This document shows positions 11,060-21,796 of a stretch of DNA of 64,000 bases, piece by piece. Source of the stretch: an uncultured Bacilli bacterium (GTDB taxonomy: Bacteria > Bacillota_I > Bacilli_A > RF39 > UBA660); NCBI GenBank assembly GCA_934086955.1, contig CAKOIN010000002.1:73401-137400 (forward strand). The letters run 5' to 3'. How positions within the stretch are numbered: position 1 is the first letter of the stretch; the number at the start of each line of letters is the position of its first letter. The notes beneath the pieces are model-generated. The model saw only the letters and a program-made list of their open reading frames with translations. It did not search any database and had not been told where the DNA came from. Both the position numbers and the translations under genes were made by a program.

Positions 11060-11923
11060 ATGAAAAAAATATTTAGCTTATTATTGGTAATAATGCTTTT
11101 AGCAGGTTGTAATAAAACAAAAGTAAAAGAAGAAATTAATGAACCATTATCATTTACTAAAATGAATGTATCAAAGCAAACAATGTCTGCAAAATATAAA
11201 GTATGTGATATAAATAACGAATGTAATGAAAAAGAAATGAATGGCATTTCTAGTGTAGAATATATTAATATTGATTTTATCTTTAAATTAATGTTATCAA
11301 ACAAAAAACAAAGTAATTTTTCATATAATGTTGAACTCAATATTAAGTCTGATACTATAAATAAAAAAGAAAAGTATACAAAAGAAAATATCAATTTATT
11401 AAAAAAAGATTTTTCTCTTATAGATGATAGCCAAGTAAATATTGAAGATAGTTTTAAATTAGAGTTAAAGAAATATTATAATGAAATGTTAGAATATTAT
11501 AATGATAAAGGCTATAAAGAAGAAGATATTTCTACATTCTTTAATTTAGATTTAAAAATAACAAACGATAATAACGAATATTATAAAACAGAATTGTTAA
11601 CAATACTTATTGAAGTTAATAATGAATTTACAAATTCCAATGGTGTATCTGTTATAATGCTTAAATATTATCCAGATGGTGAAGAAGTTTCATTTGATAG
11701 TGTTAATATATGTAATAACCTAGAAGGGTATTCTTGTACATGTGGTGATGTTGATTATATAGCTAATTTGTTATTGCAAGGACAAACAGTAAATATTCCA
11801 ACTAATAGTGATATAAAAATATCTAAATCAAAAGGTATGCAATATTACAATCAAAACAATCCAGAATATACAGATTATACAATTAGTTGTGGTAGTTATT
11901 CAAAAACTGTTAGAGTAAAATAG
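11060..11923 (+). CDS. lipoprotein, function unknown
   Basis: Lipobox LLAGC follows the signal peptide. The second ATG was chosen because its RBS spacing is better. Confidence 0.55.
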   Translation: MKKIFSLLLVIMLLAGCNKTKVKEEINEPLSFTKMNVSKQTMSAKYKVCDINNECNEKEMNGISSVEYINIDFIFKLMLSNKKQSNFSYNVELNIKSDTINKKEKYTKENINLLKKDFSLIDDSQVNIEDSFKLELKKYYNEMLEYYNDKGYKEEDISTFFNLDLKITNDNNEYYKTELLTILIEVNNEFTNSNGVSVIMLKYYPDGEEVSFDSVNICNNLEGYSCTCGDVDYIANLLLQGQTVNIPTNSDIKISKSKGMQYYNQNNPEYTDYTISCGSYSKTVRVK

Positions 11924-11947
11924 TAAAGGAAATATCAATAAAAATAT

Positions 11948-12379
11948 ATGAAAGGAAATAATATGGAAACTTTAAAAGCAGGATGTTTCTTAATAAATAT
12001 AGAAACAAAAGAGATTTCATTAATTTATAGAAAAAAGCAAAATGATTATTCTTTTCCAAAAGGACATGTTGAAAAAGGCGAATCATTAAAAGAAGCTGCT
12101 ATAAGAGAAACAGCAGAAGAAACTAAAAGAATTGCTGAAATTATAAATGACTATGAACCTTATATTGAAAGATATACTACACCAAAAGGAGAAAATTGTG
12201 TTTGTTATATGTTCTTTGCAATCGATAAGGGTAAAAGTGATAATGATTCTACAGATACACACGATGTTATATGGACTCCACTAAACAAAGTTGAAGATAC
12301 TCTAAGCTATGATAGTTTAAAAAATACTTGGAAATCTGTAAAGGATATAATAATAAAAATAATAGAAGATAGATTATAA
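11948..12379 (+). CDS. NUDIX hydrolase
   Basis: Nudix box GHVEKGESLKEAAIRETAEET. The start could instead be ATG 11963. Confidence 0.8.
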   Translation: MKGNNMETLKAGCFLINIETKEISLIYRKKQNDYSFPKGHVEKGESLKEAAIRETAEETKRIAEIINDYEPYIERYTTPKGENCVCYMFFAIDKGKSDNDSTDTHDVIWTPLNKVEDTLSYDSLKNTWKSVKDIIIKIIEDRL

Positions 12380-12390
12380 TGAGGTATCAT

Positions 12391-13038
12391 ATGGGACTTA
12401 TAATAAATAATTATAATAAAGAATCAATTTCTTTTGCATCAAAAATACATTTATCAGTAGATAAAAAAGAATATTCAATTAACTTAGATAAATTTGATTA
12501 TATCAATGTATCAAATAAAAAGCATAAAGTTAAAATATTGAAAGGAAGATTAAAAAACAGTTACAAAACATTAGATTTTTCTAATGGTGAAACATATATA
12601 GTAAAATATTATTGTGGTTTGTTTAAATCAAAAGTTGAATATAAGAAAATAGATATATTAAGAAATTTTCAAATAGATAAAAATATATATGGTTTATTTA
12701 TATTAGATAAACATAATAGAAAAATATGGTTACCTGTAATAAGTAATTATATGGTTTTAAAGTATAAAGATATATTTACTTTTGAATTAAGAAAGCATGA
12801 AGAGGAAGAACATATTAATTTAAAATCAGCAATAGTAGGATATGCTTTTTTCGGTACAGCTGGTGCAGTACTAGGCGGAATGAATACAAATGATAAAACT
12901 AAATATGAAATACTAATAACACTAAATAATGCTCAAAAAATATTAATAGAAAATTTAGATAAAAAAGTTGCACAAGAAATACTCGAAGCATTTAAAGAAT
13001 TTGAAATAGAAGAATTAAATAACGGTAAAGAGGTATAA
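12391..13038 (+). CDS. hypothetical protein
   Basis: ORF with RBS GAGGT ahead of ATG 12391. No recognisable domain. Confidence 0.45.
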   Translation: MGLIINNYNKESISFASKIHLSVDKKEYSINLDKFDYINVSNKKHKVKILKGRLKNSYKTLDFSNGETYIVKYYCGLFKSKVEYKKIDILRNFQIDKNIYGLFILDKHNRKIWLPVISNYMVLKYKDIFTFELRKHEEEEHINLKSAIVGYAFFGTAGAVLGGMNTNDKTKYEILITLNNAQKILIENLDKKVAQEILEAFKEFEIEELNNGKEV

Positions 13039-13039
13039 A

Positions 13040-13636
13040 ATGAAAGAATTTGAAACAGAGCTTTATAATAATGGGATAAATTATATAGCAGGAATAGATG
13101 AAGTAGGTAGAGGTCCACTTGTAGGTCCAGTAGTAGCAGCAGCAGTAATATTACCGAAAGATTTTTATGATGAAAGAATAAACGATTCTAAAAAGTTAAC
13201 TGAAAAGAAAAGAGAGCTTCTTTATGATGTTATTATGGAAAATGCAATCTCAGTTGGAATAGGCATATCGAGTGAAGATGTAATAGATGAAATAAATATA
13301 TTAAATGCTACTAAAAAAGCTATGATTGAAGCTGTTAATAATTTAAATATAAGACCAGAACATTTACTTATTGATGCAGTTAAGCTTGATATTGATATAC
13401 CACAAACATCAATTATAAAAGGAGATGCTAAAAGTGAAAGCATTGCAGCAGCATCAATAATTGCCAAAGTAACAAGAGATAGAATGATGGTTGAACTAGA
13501 CAAGCTACATCCAGAATATGATTTTAAGCATAATAAAGGATATGGTACTAAAAAACATATAGAAGCAATAAGAAAATATGGGATAATAAAAGAACATAGA
13601 AAAACTTTTGCTCCTTGTGATGAATATGTAAAATAA
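13040..13636 (+). CDS. rnhB: ribonuclease HII
   Basis: Motifs [19 protein letters not shown] and DSKKLT. Confidence 0.9.
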   Translation: MKEFETELYNNGINYIAGIDEVGRGPLVGPVVAAAVILPKDFYDERINDSKKLTEKKRELLYDVIMENAISVGIGISSEDVIDEINILNATKKAMIEAVNNLNIRPEHLLIDAVKLDIDIPQTSIIKGDAKSESIAAASIIAKVTRDRMMVELDKLHPEYDFKHNKGYGTKKHIEAIRKYGIIKEHRKTFAPCDEYVK

Positions 13637-13678
13637 ATATTGAAATAAATAATGTTTTGTGCTAAACTATAACTCGTA

Positions 13679-13793
13679 AGCGATGAAAGTGTGATGGCAA
13701 AGCACTGAGGCTATAACTAAAGAGTGATTCTTCTAGAATAAATAGGGTGGAACCGTCCTTATGGACCCCTATAAATATTTTAGAAGTTTTTTT
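13679..13793 (+). promoter_or_regulatory. T-box riboswitch leader, glycine specifier (GGC)
   Basis: GA/K-turn motif GCGATGA...CTGAGGC. GGC at 13696-13698 is followed by A. Antiterminator AGGG[TGGAACC]GTCC-TTAT-GGAC-CCCT lies at 13744-13770. A competing long terminator helix and a T7 run end at 13793. Confidence 0.8.
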
Positions 13794-13810
13794 ATTTATT
13801 GGAGGTTTAT

Positions 13811-14533
13811 ATGAAAATACAAGGTTTAAAACAATTAGATCAAAATAGTTATGATTCAATATCTATTTCAGAAGATAGAGCTGTTATAAGTGGAAAAGAA
13901 ATCAAAACAGTACCGCTTATGGCGAGATTCAGTGATGAACTAAGAGGCAAAACTGATAAAGAAATACAAAACTTAATAGTTGACCAATTCCTAGATTACA
14001 GTAGAATTAGTTATGTATCTGATGACTATAGTAGATTAAGAGGAAATGTTGTATATGCCGGGACAGAACCAGGTAGACTTCTTATTTTAAATGATGTAGC
14101 CGATGAAGAAATGAAAGCAAAAATATTAGAAAAATATATCAAAAGTAGAAGAGCTTTCCTATATAACAATTGTAATGACACATATAGTTTAATGATAAAT
14201 TATGGTAAAACAAGTTCATATTCTATAACTAGAGAAGGAACAATAAAATTCAATTTATCTAAAACTGGAAAAGATCTAACAGAATTTGAAATACCATTTT
14301 TAGAAGAATTTTTAGATTATGTTTTTGAAAGTGAAACAATAACAATGGAAACACATGAGAATAAAGGCATAGAAGATGGAGTATATTTAGTAGGGAACAA
14401 TAAAAGAGTTATTGCAGCTGTTATAAATAAAGATATAATGAAAAAAATTGAAGAACACAATGAAAGATGTGAAAAAGAAAGATTAGAAAGAGAAGCAACA
14501 ATGAAATTGCAAATGCAAATGGAGGGATTTTAA
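13811..14533 (+). CDS. hypothetical protein inside the glyQS T-box operon
   Basis: RBS GGAGG precedes ATG 13811. The stop overlaps the glyQS start (TAATG). No recognisable domain. Confidence 0.6.
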   Translation: MKIQGLKQLDQNSYDSISISEDRAVISGKEIKTVPLMARFSDELRGKTDKEIQNLIVDQFLDYSRISYVSDDYSRLRGNVVYAGTEPGRLLILNDVADEEMKAKILEKYIKSRRAFLYNNCNDTYSLMINYGKTSSYSITREGTIKFNLSKTGKDLTEFEIPFLEEFLDYVFESETITMETHENKGIEDGVYLVGNNKRVIAAVINKDIMKKIEEHNERCEKERLEREATMKLQMQMEGF

Positions 14534-15906
14534 TGGAAAACAAAATATCAATGGAAGAACTTACAAATTATTGTAAGAATTATGGTTACATATTCCAAGG
14601 AAGCGAAATTTATGGAGGACTTGCTAATACTTGGGACTTTGGACCATTAGGAGTAGAGTTAAAAAACAATATTAAAAAAGCATGGACTAAAAAATTTATT
14701 CAAGAAGATATTAATAATGTAGGACTTGATAGTGCAATACTTATGAACCCTAAAACATGGGAAGCAAGTGGACACTTAAAAACATTTAGTGACCCACTAA
14801 TAGATTGTAAACATTGCAAAACTCGTCATAGAGCAGATAAACTTTTAGAAGATTTAGGAATTGAAGATGCTGGAAAATTTAATAATGAAGAATTAATCAA
14901 TTATATAAGAGAAAATCATGTTAAATGTCCTAATTGTGGTAGTGAAGATTTTACTGATATAAGAAACTTTAATTTAATGTTTAAAACATTTCAAGGAGTT
15001 ACAGAAGATTCTAAAAATACAGTATATTTAAGACCTGAAACTGCTCAAGGTATATTTGTTAACTTCAAGAATGTTGAAAGAAGTATGAGACTTAAATTAC
15101 CATTTGGTATTGCTCAAATAGGTAAATCATTTAGAAATGAAATAACACCAGGTAACTTTATATTTAGAGTTCGTGAATTTGATCAAATGGAATTAGAATT
15201 CTTTTGTAAACCAGGTACTGAATTAGATTGGTTTAAACATTATAAAGAATATTGTAAAAATTTCTTACTAAGTCTTGGAATTAAAGAAGAGAATTTAAGA
15301 TTAAGAGACCATGAAAAAGAAGAATTAAGCTTTTATAGTAATGCGACAACAGATATTGAATATAAATTCCCATTTGGATGGGGAGAACTATGGGGAATCG
15401 CATCAAGAACTAATTATGACTTAAGTAAACATATGGAATATAGTAAAGAAAGTCTTGAATATTTAGATCCAGAAACAAATGAAAAATATATTCCTTATGT
15501 AGTTGAACCATCATTAGGTGTTGAAAGATTATTCCTAACAGTATTATGTGATGCTTATCATAAAGATATGGTAAATAACGAAGAAAGAGAAGTGTTAAAA
15601 CTACATCCTTTCCTTGCTCCAATAAAAGTAACAGTACTTCCACTAGTTAAAAAATATCACAATGAAAAAGCATTAGAAATATATAAAAACCTTTCAAAAT
15701 ACTTTATGTGTAGTTATGATGAAAGTGGTTCAATAGGTAAAAGATATAGAAGAGCTGATGTAGTTGGAACTCCATTCTGTGTAACAGTAGATGACGAAAC
15801 TATAAATAATAATACAGTTACAATAAGAGATAGAGATACAATGGAACAAATAACACTAAGCTTAGATGAATTAAAAGATTATATTACTGAAAAAATAGAG
15901 TTCTAA
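14533..15906 (+). CDS. glyQS: glycine--tRNA ligase (single-chain class II)
   Basis: Motifs [37 protein letters not shown] and GVERL. Confidence 0.95.
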   Translation: MENKISMEELTNYCKNYGYIFQGSEIYGGLANTWDFGPLGVELKNNIKKAWTKKFIQEDINNVGLDSAILMNPKTWEASGHLKTFSDPLIDCKHCKTRHRADKLLEDLGIEDAGKFNNEELINYIRENHVKCPNCGSEDFTDIRNFNLMFKTFQGVTEDSKNTVYLRPETAQGIFVNFKNVERSMRLKLPFGIAQIGKSFRNEITPGNFIFRVREFDQMELEFFCKPGTELDWFKHYKEYCKNFLLSLGIKEENLRLRDHEKEELSFYSNATTDIEYKFPFGWGELWGIASRTNYDLSKHMEYSKESLEYLDPETNEKYIPYVVEPSLGVERLFLTVLCDAYHKDMVNNEEREVLKLHPFLAPIKVTVLPLVKKYHNEKALEIYKNLSKYFMCSYDESGSIGKRYRRADVVGTPFCVTVDDETINNNTVTIRDRDTMEQITLSLDELKDYITEKIEF

Positions 15907-15920
15907 AAACTCTTTTTTTC
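15897..15920 (+). terminator. intrinsic terminator after glyQS
   Basis: Stem AGAGTT/AACTCT followed by a T-run. It overlaps the stop codon. Confidence 0.6.
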
Positions 15921-16043
15921 TATCAAATTTTTGTATATTATTGTATAATAATGTTGATTTATTATTATTTTTGAAATATTTATTGCTACTAAAAAATATT
16001 TATGTTAAAATGTATTTGTATAAATAATAAGGAGGAATATAAA

Positions 16044-16439
16044 GTGGCATTCAAATTAAAAGAAATATTTACTGGCGAAGAAGAAGATACAGAAGTGAAT
16101 GATTATGAAATAAAAGAAACAACTAAAAAAAGTAATAATAAAGAATTTAAAAATAAAACAATACTAGTTGAACCAAGAGCTTTTTCAGAAGCTCAACAAA
16201 TTGCTGATTATTTAAAATCAAACAATCAAGTAGTAGTAAACTTTAAAAGAGTAACAAGCGATGTATCAAAAAGAATAATGGACTTTTTAAATGGAATAAT
16301 TTATGCAATCGAAGGAACTATGCAAAAATTAGGTCCAGGCATTGTTATTTGTGCTCCAAAAGGATTTGAAATAGAAGGAAATATTTCAGAAGAGGAAAAT
16401 AAAAAAACAAGTAAAAAAGACGATATGAACGAATGGTAA
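16044..16439 (+). CDS. sepF: cell division protein SepF
   Basis: VEPRAFSEAQQIADYLKSNNQVVVNFKRV is typical SepF. The start was moved to GTG 16044, behind AAGGAGG. Confidence 0.85.
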   Translation: MAFKLKEIFTGEEEDTEVNDYEIKETTKKSNNKEFKNKTILVEPRAFSEAQQIADYLKSNNQVVVNFKRVTSDVSKRIMDFLNGIIYAIEGTMQKLGPGIVICAPKGFEIEGNISEEENKKTSKKDDMNEW

Positions 16440-16470
16440 TATATTAGTATAAAATATTTGAGGTGAAAGC

Positions 16471-16920
16471 ATGAGAAAGTTTGATACAGTTTTTCATGGT
16501 TATGACAAATATCAAGTTCAGAAATGTATAGATGATATTATAAATAATTATGAGGTTTTGCTTAATAAAAGTAAAAAAACTGAAGAGCAAAATAAAGTAT
16601 TAAGAGAAAAAATACAATATTATGAAAGAATAGAAGATTCTATGAATAGAGCAATATTCACTGCTGAGACTGCTGGTGATCAAATCAAAAGCAGTGCTAG
16701 AAAAGAAGCAGAAGCTCTTATTACAGAAGCAAGACATAATGCTAGTAGAATAATAAATGATGCTTTATTAAAAGCAGAAAAAGCTCAAAATCATGCAGAC
16801 CAATTAAAAAGAAATACTAATGTATTAAAAAGAAGATTAAGACAAATAATAGAAAATCAACTAGAAGTAATTGAAGAAATAGATAATGTTGATTTTAGTG
16901 ACATAGATAATAAATATTAA
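16471..16920 (+). CDS. DivIVA domain protein
   Basis: N-terminal FDTVFHGYDKYQVQKCIDDI followed by a coiled coil. Confidence 0.8.
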   Translation: MRKFDTVFHGYDKYQVQKCIDDIINNYEVLLNKSKKTEEQNKVLREKIQYYERIEDSMNRAIFTAETAGDQIKSSARKEAEALITEARHNASRIINDALLKAEKAQNHADQLKRNTNVLKRRLRQIIENQLEVIEEIDNVDFSDIDNKY

Positions 16921-16921
16921 T

Positions 16922-16945
16922 GGATTATTAAATATAATCCTTTTT
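16922..16945 (+). terminator. intrinsic terminator
   Basis: Stem GGATTAT/ATAATCC followed by a T-run. Confidence 0.6.
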
Positions 16946-16992
16946 AATTGTATATAAATATGATAAAATTCTATATAGAATAGGTGGTAGTA

Positions 16993-18801
16993 ATGAAGAA
17001 TAAAAAAGGATTTACATTAGTGGAATTATTAGCAGTAATAGCTATACTTGCTTTACTTGTTATCATAGCACTTCCAAATATACTAAAAATGTTTAATGAT
17101 GCTAAAAAAGACATATTTTTAACAGAAGCTAAAACAATATATAAAGAAGTATCTAAAAAATATATAAGTGAATCAATGAAAGGAAATAAATTATCATTTG
17201 TTTCATCAAGCAACAATCAAAAACTAGATATATCAACTAAAGAAGGGCTAGAATATTGTATTAATTTAAGTAATAGTGGAAATATTACATCTATGGTAGC
17301 AGTAGATGAAAACTATTATATAGAATATGATGGTAAAAGTGATTTAAATAGTTATACAAAAGATAACATTAAAGAAATTGATAACAAAGTTAAAATGATT
17401 TGTTCTTCTACAATGTCAAAAATAATTGAAGAACCAGAATTAAAAGAGTGTTCTTATGGTGGGAAACTTGAAAATAATGTAACTTATAAAGATGACACTT
17501 ATACTTATACATATCATCCTTGGTCTAATGGATATTGGGAAGTAGTATTAACAGATAAAGAATCAACAACTGTAATAGATAAACCATTTTGCAATATGAT
17601 AGATGGAAAACCAATAAAGAGTGTTAAAGAGTTATTTAAAGATAGTAAAGCTGTATCCATTGATGTAACTAAATTCAATACTAGTAATGTTGATAATATG
17701 GAAAACATGTTTAAAAATACATCAGCAACAGAAATAAAAGGTTTAGAATATTTAGACACCAGTAATGTTACAAAAATGACAAATATGTTTGGTAATACTA
17801 ATGTAGATAATTTAGATTTAAGTGGTTTTGACACTAGTAAAGTTATTAATATGAGTTATATGTTTGTAAACAGTAAAGCGACAACAATAAATGTAAGTAG
17901 TTTTGATACTAGTAATGTTACTAATATGTATGGAATGTTTTATAATACTAGTATAAAAAGTATTAATATAAGTAATTTTAATACAAATAATGTTACAACT
18001 CTAAGCGGTATGTTTAGGGAAAGCAAAATCGAAACACTAGATTTAAGTAGTTTTCACACACCAAAAGTAACAAATATGAGTGATATGTTTGCTGGAACAG
18101 CAAATTTGAAAACTTTAGATCTAAACAATTTTGATACAAGTAATGTAACAAATATGGGCACAATGTTTAGTGGATGTGCAGCTATTACAATTAAAGGACT
18201 AAATAAATTTAATACATCGAAAGTAACTAATATGTATGCAATGTTTAATGCAACTAAAACAAAAGAATTAGATTTAAGTAATTTTGATACAAGTAAAGTC
18301 ACAAACATGGGACTAATGTTTAATGGAAGTAATGCAGAAACAATAAATGTAAGTAGTTTTAATACTAGCAATGTAGTTAGTATGAACTCGATGTTTAGAG
18401 GTACACAAGTTATCAAACTAGATTTAAGTAATTTTGATACAAGTAATGTAACAAATATGGAAGGTATGTTTAATGGTAGTAAAGCTACATCTTTAGATTT
18501 AAGTAATTTTAATACAAGTAATGTAACAAATATGCAATGGATGTTTTATGGTGCAAAGGTAAAAGAACTTGATCTAACTTCATTTAATACATCAAAAGTA
18601 ACTAATATGGGTGGAACATTTAGAGCTACAAGATTAGATTTATTAGATATTAGTAGTTTTGATATAACTAATGCAGATATATCATATATGTTTGATGGAG
18701 CAGTTGTAACTAAAGTACTAGTTAAAAATGAAGAAGATTTAGAAAAATACAAAAATTCTGGATCAGTATTACCATTAACAAAATTTTATATTAAAAGTTA
18801 A
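16993..18801 (+). CDS. prepilin-leader (type IV pilin-like) protein fused to DUF285/BspA-type repeats
   Basis: N-terminal KKGFTLVELLAVIAILALLVII is a class III signal / N-methylation motif. It is followed by 14 repeats of about 25 aa each, ending in N[MT]xxMF (FDTSNVTNMxxMF). Confidence 0.75.
   Translation: MKNKKGFTLVELLAVIAILALLVIIALPNILKMFNDAKKDIFLTEAKTIYKEVSKKYISESMKGNKLSFVSSSNNQKLDISTKEGLEYCINLSNSGNITSMVAVDENYYIEYDGKSDLNSYTKDNIKEIDNKVKMICSSTMSKIIEEPELKECSYGGKLENNVTYKDDTYTYTYHPWSNGYWEVVLTDKESTTVIDKPFCNMIDGKPIKSVKELFKDSKAVSIDVTKFNTSNVDNMENMFKNTSATEIKGLEYLDTSNVTKMTNMFGNTNVDNLDLSGFDTSKVINMSYMFVNSKATTINVSSFDTSNVTNMYGMFYNTSIKSINISNFNTNNVTTLSGMFRESKIETLDLSSFHTPKVTNMSDMFAGTANLKTLDLNNFDTSNVTNMGTMFSGCAAITIKGLNKFNTSKVTNMYAMFNATKTKELDLSNFDTSKVTNMGLMFNGSNAETINVSSFNTSNVVSMNSMFRGTQVIKLDLSNFDTSNVTNMEGMFNGSKATSLDLSNFNTSNVTNMQWMFYGAKVKELDLTSFNTSKVTNMGGTFRATRLDLLDISSFDITNADISYMFDGAVVTKVLVKNEEDLEKYKNSGSVLPLTKFYIKS
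17620..18710 (+). repeat. in-frame tandem coding repeats, about 75 nt each (14 units)
   Basis: Recurring LDLSNFDTSNVTNMxxMF units were counted from the translation. Confidence 0.7.
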
Positions 18802-18826
18802 TAAATATAGATATATATGAGACAAT

Positions 18827-18850
18827 AAGTAGGACTTCCTACTTTTTCTT
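18827..18850 (+). terminator. intrinsic terminator
   Basis: Stem AAGTAGG/CCTACTT followed by a T-run. Confidence 0.65.
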
Positions 18851-18887
18851 TTGGTCTAAATATTGTATAATTAAATTGAGGTATCAA

Positions 18888-21788
18888 ATGAAATATATTC
18901 CACTTAATATTAAAACTGAATATGATTTAATGAATAGTTTAATAAGAATTAAAGATCTTATTTCTTTTGCATTAAAAAAAGAAATATATGCTCTTGGAAT
19001 AACAGATACAAATATGTTTGGTACAATGGAATTTATTAATGAATGTAATAAAAATAATATAAAACCAATTATAGGAACAGAAATTAAAATAGATGATTTA
19101 TATATGCTACTTTATGCTAAAAACTATAATGGACTTACTAATCTTTTTAAAATAGTTTCATATAAGAATATCGAAGAAAAAATAAATATAGATTATATAA
19201 AAGATAATTCTAGTGATTTAATAATTGTAACTAGTGCCAAACATTACGAAGAATTAAGTAAATACTTTGATAATATTTATATAAAATATCATAATTCAAA
19301 GACTAAAGAAATTGCATTAAAATTAACTGATAATATTGTTTATATGGATATGATAAGATATTTTGATGAAGAAGATAAAGAATATTTTAAATATCTAAAA
19401 TATATAGATGAAGCAAAAACAATTGATGAAAAAATAAATGTATATGATAGTTATTTTAAATTAAATATTAATGATAGTGATACAGATACTACAATAGAAT
19501 TTGCAAATTTAATTGATATAGAATTACCGGAGACTAAATTACATATACCAGTATATAATGATAATTCTCTTTCATATTTAAAAGCTCTTGCTAAAAAAGG
19601 ACTAGAAAAAAGACTTAATAATGTAGTACCAGATGTTTATAAAAATAGATTAATGTATGAACTATCTGTCATAGAGAAAATGAATTTTGTAGACTATTTC
19701 TTGATAGTTTATGATTTTGTTTTATATGCTAAAAAACATAATATTTATGTTGGACCTGGAAGAGGTAGTGGAGCTGCATCGCTTGTTAATTATAGTTTAG
19801 GTATAATTAATGTAGATCCTCTTAAATATAATCTAATATTTGAAAGATTCTTAAATCCAGACAGAATTACTATGCCTGATATAGATATAGACTTTGATAA
19901 TACTAAAAGAGACAATGTAATAGAATATGTAAGTGATAAATATGGTCATGATAAAACAGCAAGAATTATATCATTTAATACAATGTTACCAAAGCAAATA
20001 ATAAGAGATATGGGTAGAGTACTTAAATATGATAATATAGTTATTGATAATATATGTAAAACTATAAATGATGAAAAAGATTTTATAAGTTTAAAAAGTA
20101 ATAAATCATTTGTAAATTTAGTTAGTAAAAATAATAATATTAGATACTTAGTAAACTGTTGTAATAAACTATGTGGTCTTAAAAAGAATACAAGTATGCA
20201 TGCAGCTGGTGTTGTTATTAGTGATATATCACTTAATAATTTTATGCCATTATACAAAAGTAATAATATAATTTTGACTGGTTATAGTATGGAATATATA
20301 GAAAGTCTTGGCCTTTTAAAAATGGACTTCTTATCAATTAAAAATCTTAACACTATTTCTAATATAGTAAATGATATCAAAAATGATAACTATGATATTG
20401 ATTTAAATAATATACCATTAAATGATCCACAAACATTAAAAATATTTAGTAGTGCATATACTACAGGAATATTCCAATTTGAAAGTAGTGGTATGAAAAA
20501 CTTTCTAAAACAATTAAAAGTAGACAATTTTAATACATTAGTAGATGCAATAGCATTATATAGACCAGGTCCAAGAGATATGATAGGTGAATATATATTA
20601 AGAAAAGAAGGTAAGAAGAAAGTAACATACTTGGTAAAAGAATTGGAACCTATCTTAAAAAGCACATATGGAATAATCATTTATCAAGAACAAGTACTTG
20701 AAATATTAAGGCTTATTGGTGGATATACTTATGCAGAGGCAGATTTAATAAGAAGAGCTATGTCTAAAAAGAAAGCTGATATAATAGAAAAATCTAAATC
20801 AAAGTTTATAAATGGAGTTATTAAACATGGATATGATGAAAAAATAGCCTTAGAACTTTATGATTTAATAATAAAATTTTCATCATATGGATTTAATAAA
20901 TCACACTCTGTAGTTTATTCATTAGTGGCATATCAAATGGCATACCTAAAGAGCCATTATACAAAGTATTTTATGAGAAACTTACTTAATATGAATATTT
21001 CATCAGATAAAATAAAAGATTATATAGAAGAATCTAAAAAGATGAATATTAAATTTTTGAAAGTTGATATAAATAAAAGTACAAAAGAATTTATTACCGA
21101 TAAAAATAATAATGAAAATAATAATTTAAGATTACCATTTAATATAATTAAAAATATATCTGGTATTGTAAGTGATGAAATAATTAATGAAAGAAATAAA
21201 AGCGAATTCAAATCATTTAATGATTTTATGATAAGATGCTATGGTAAGAATATAAATAAAAGAATAATTATTTCATTAATAGTTTGTGGAGCATTTGATA
21301 GTTTTAATATCAATAAAAAAGCTACAATTGGGGCATTAGATGAAATTATAAATTATGCAGTGCTTTGTAAAGATCTAAATATAGTTATGGATAATCCACC
21401 TATGTTACAAGAAATAGAAGATTTTAATGATATAGAAACTATTGATAATGAAATAAATAATTATGGATTTTATTTATCTAAACATCCAGTAACTAAATAT
21501 ATAAGAGAAGGATATATTAAGTTAAATGAACTATCAAAATATTATAATAAAATAATAAGTCTAATATTATTTTTAGAAGATACTAAAATGATAAAAACAA
21601 AGAATAATGATAAAATGTGTTTCTTGAAATTTAGTGATGATTATGGTACCATAGAAGCCGTAATGTTTAGTGATGCATTATTAAAGATTACTAATTTAGA
21701 TAAAAATAAAGTATATAAAGTAAATGCAAAAGTAGAAAAAAGAGAAGAATCATATCAGTTAATAGTATATGGTATGTTTCAAATATAG
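18888..21788 (+). CDS. dnaE: DNA polymerase III alpha subunit, short DnaE type
   Basis: PHP domain followed by the polymerase core (GPGRGSGAASLVNY, PDIDIDF, HAAGVVIS, FNKSHS). At 966 aa it is shorter than typical DnaE. Confidence 0.9.
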   Translation: MKYIPLNIKTEYDLMNSLIRIKDLISFALKKEIYALGITDTNMFGTMEFINECNKNNIKPIIGTEIKIDDLYMLLYAKNYNGLTNLFKIVSYKNIEEKINIDYIKDNSSDLIIVTSAKHYEELSKYFDNIYIKYHNSKTKEIALKLTDNIVYMDMIRYFDEEDKEYFKYLKYIDEAKTIDEKINVYDSYFKLNINDSDTDTTIEFANLIDIELPETKLHIPVYNDNSLSYLKALAKKGLEKRLNNVVPDVYKNRLMYELSVIEKMNFVDYFLIVYDFVLYAKKHNIYVGPGRGSGAASLVNYSLGIINVDPLKYNLIFERFLNPDRITMPDIDIDFDNTKRDNVIEYVSDKYGHDKTARIISFNTMLPKQIIRDMGRVLKYDNIVIDNICKTINDEKDFISLKSNKSFVNLVSKNNNIRYLVNCCNKLCGLKKNTSMHAAGVVISDISLNNFMPLYKSNNIILTGYSMEYIESLGLLKMDFLSIKNLNTISNIVNDIKNDNYDIDLNNIPLNDPQTLKIFSSAYTTGIFQFESSGMKNFLKQLKVDNFNTLVDAIALYRPGPRDMIGEYILRKEGKKKVTYLVKELEPILKSTYGIIIYQEQVLEILRLIGGYTYAEADLIRRAMSKKKADIIEKSKSKFINGVIKHGYDEKIALELYDLIIKFSSYGFNKSHSVVYSLVAYQMAYLKSHYTKYFMRNLLNMNISSDKIKDYIEESKKMNIKFLKVDINKSTKEFITDKNNNENNNLRLPFNIIKNISGIVSDEIINERNKSEFKSFNDFMIRCYGKNINKRIIISLIVCGAFDSFNINKKATIGALDEIINYAVLCKDLNIVMDNPPMLQEIEDFNDIETIDNEINNYGFYLSKHPVTKYIREGYIKLNELSKYYNKIISLILFLEDTKMIKTKNNDKMCFLKFSDDYGTIEAVMFSDALLKITNLDKNKVYKVNAKVEKREESYQLIVYGMFQI

Positions 21789-21796
21789 AGGTACAT

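Noticed and set aside
13662-13859. A 65-aa minus-strand ORF between rnhB and the next gene.
   Set aside because: The region is fully explained by the glycine T-box leader on the + strand.
17620-18710. A regular ~75-nt periodic repeat that could superficially suggest a CRISPR-like array.
   Set aside because: The repeats are in frame inside a long ORF and are degenerate at the DNA level. There is no repeat-spacer organisation. They encode DUF285/LRR units.
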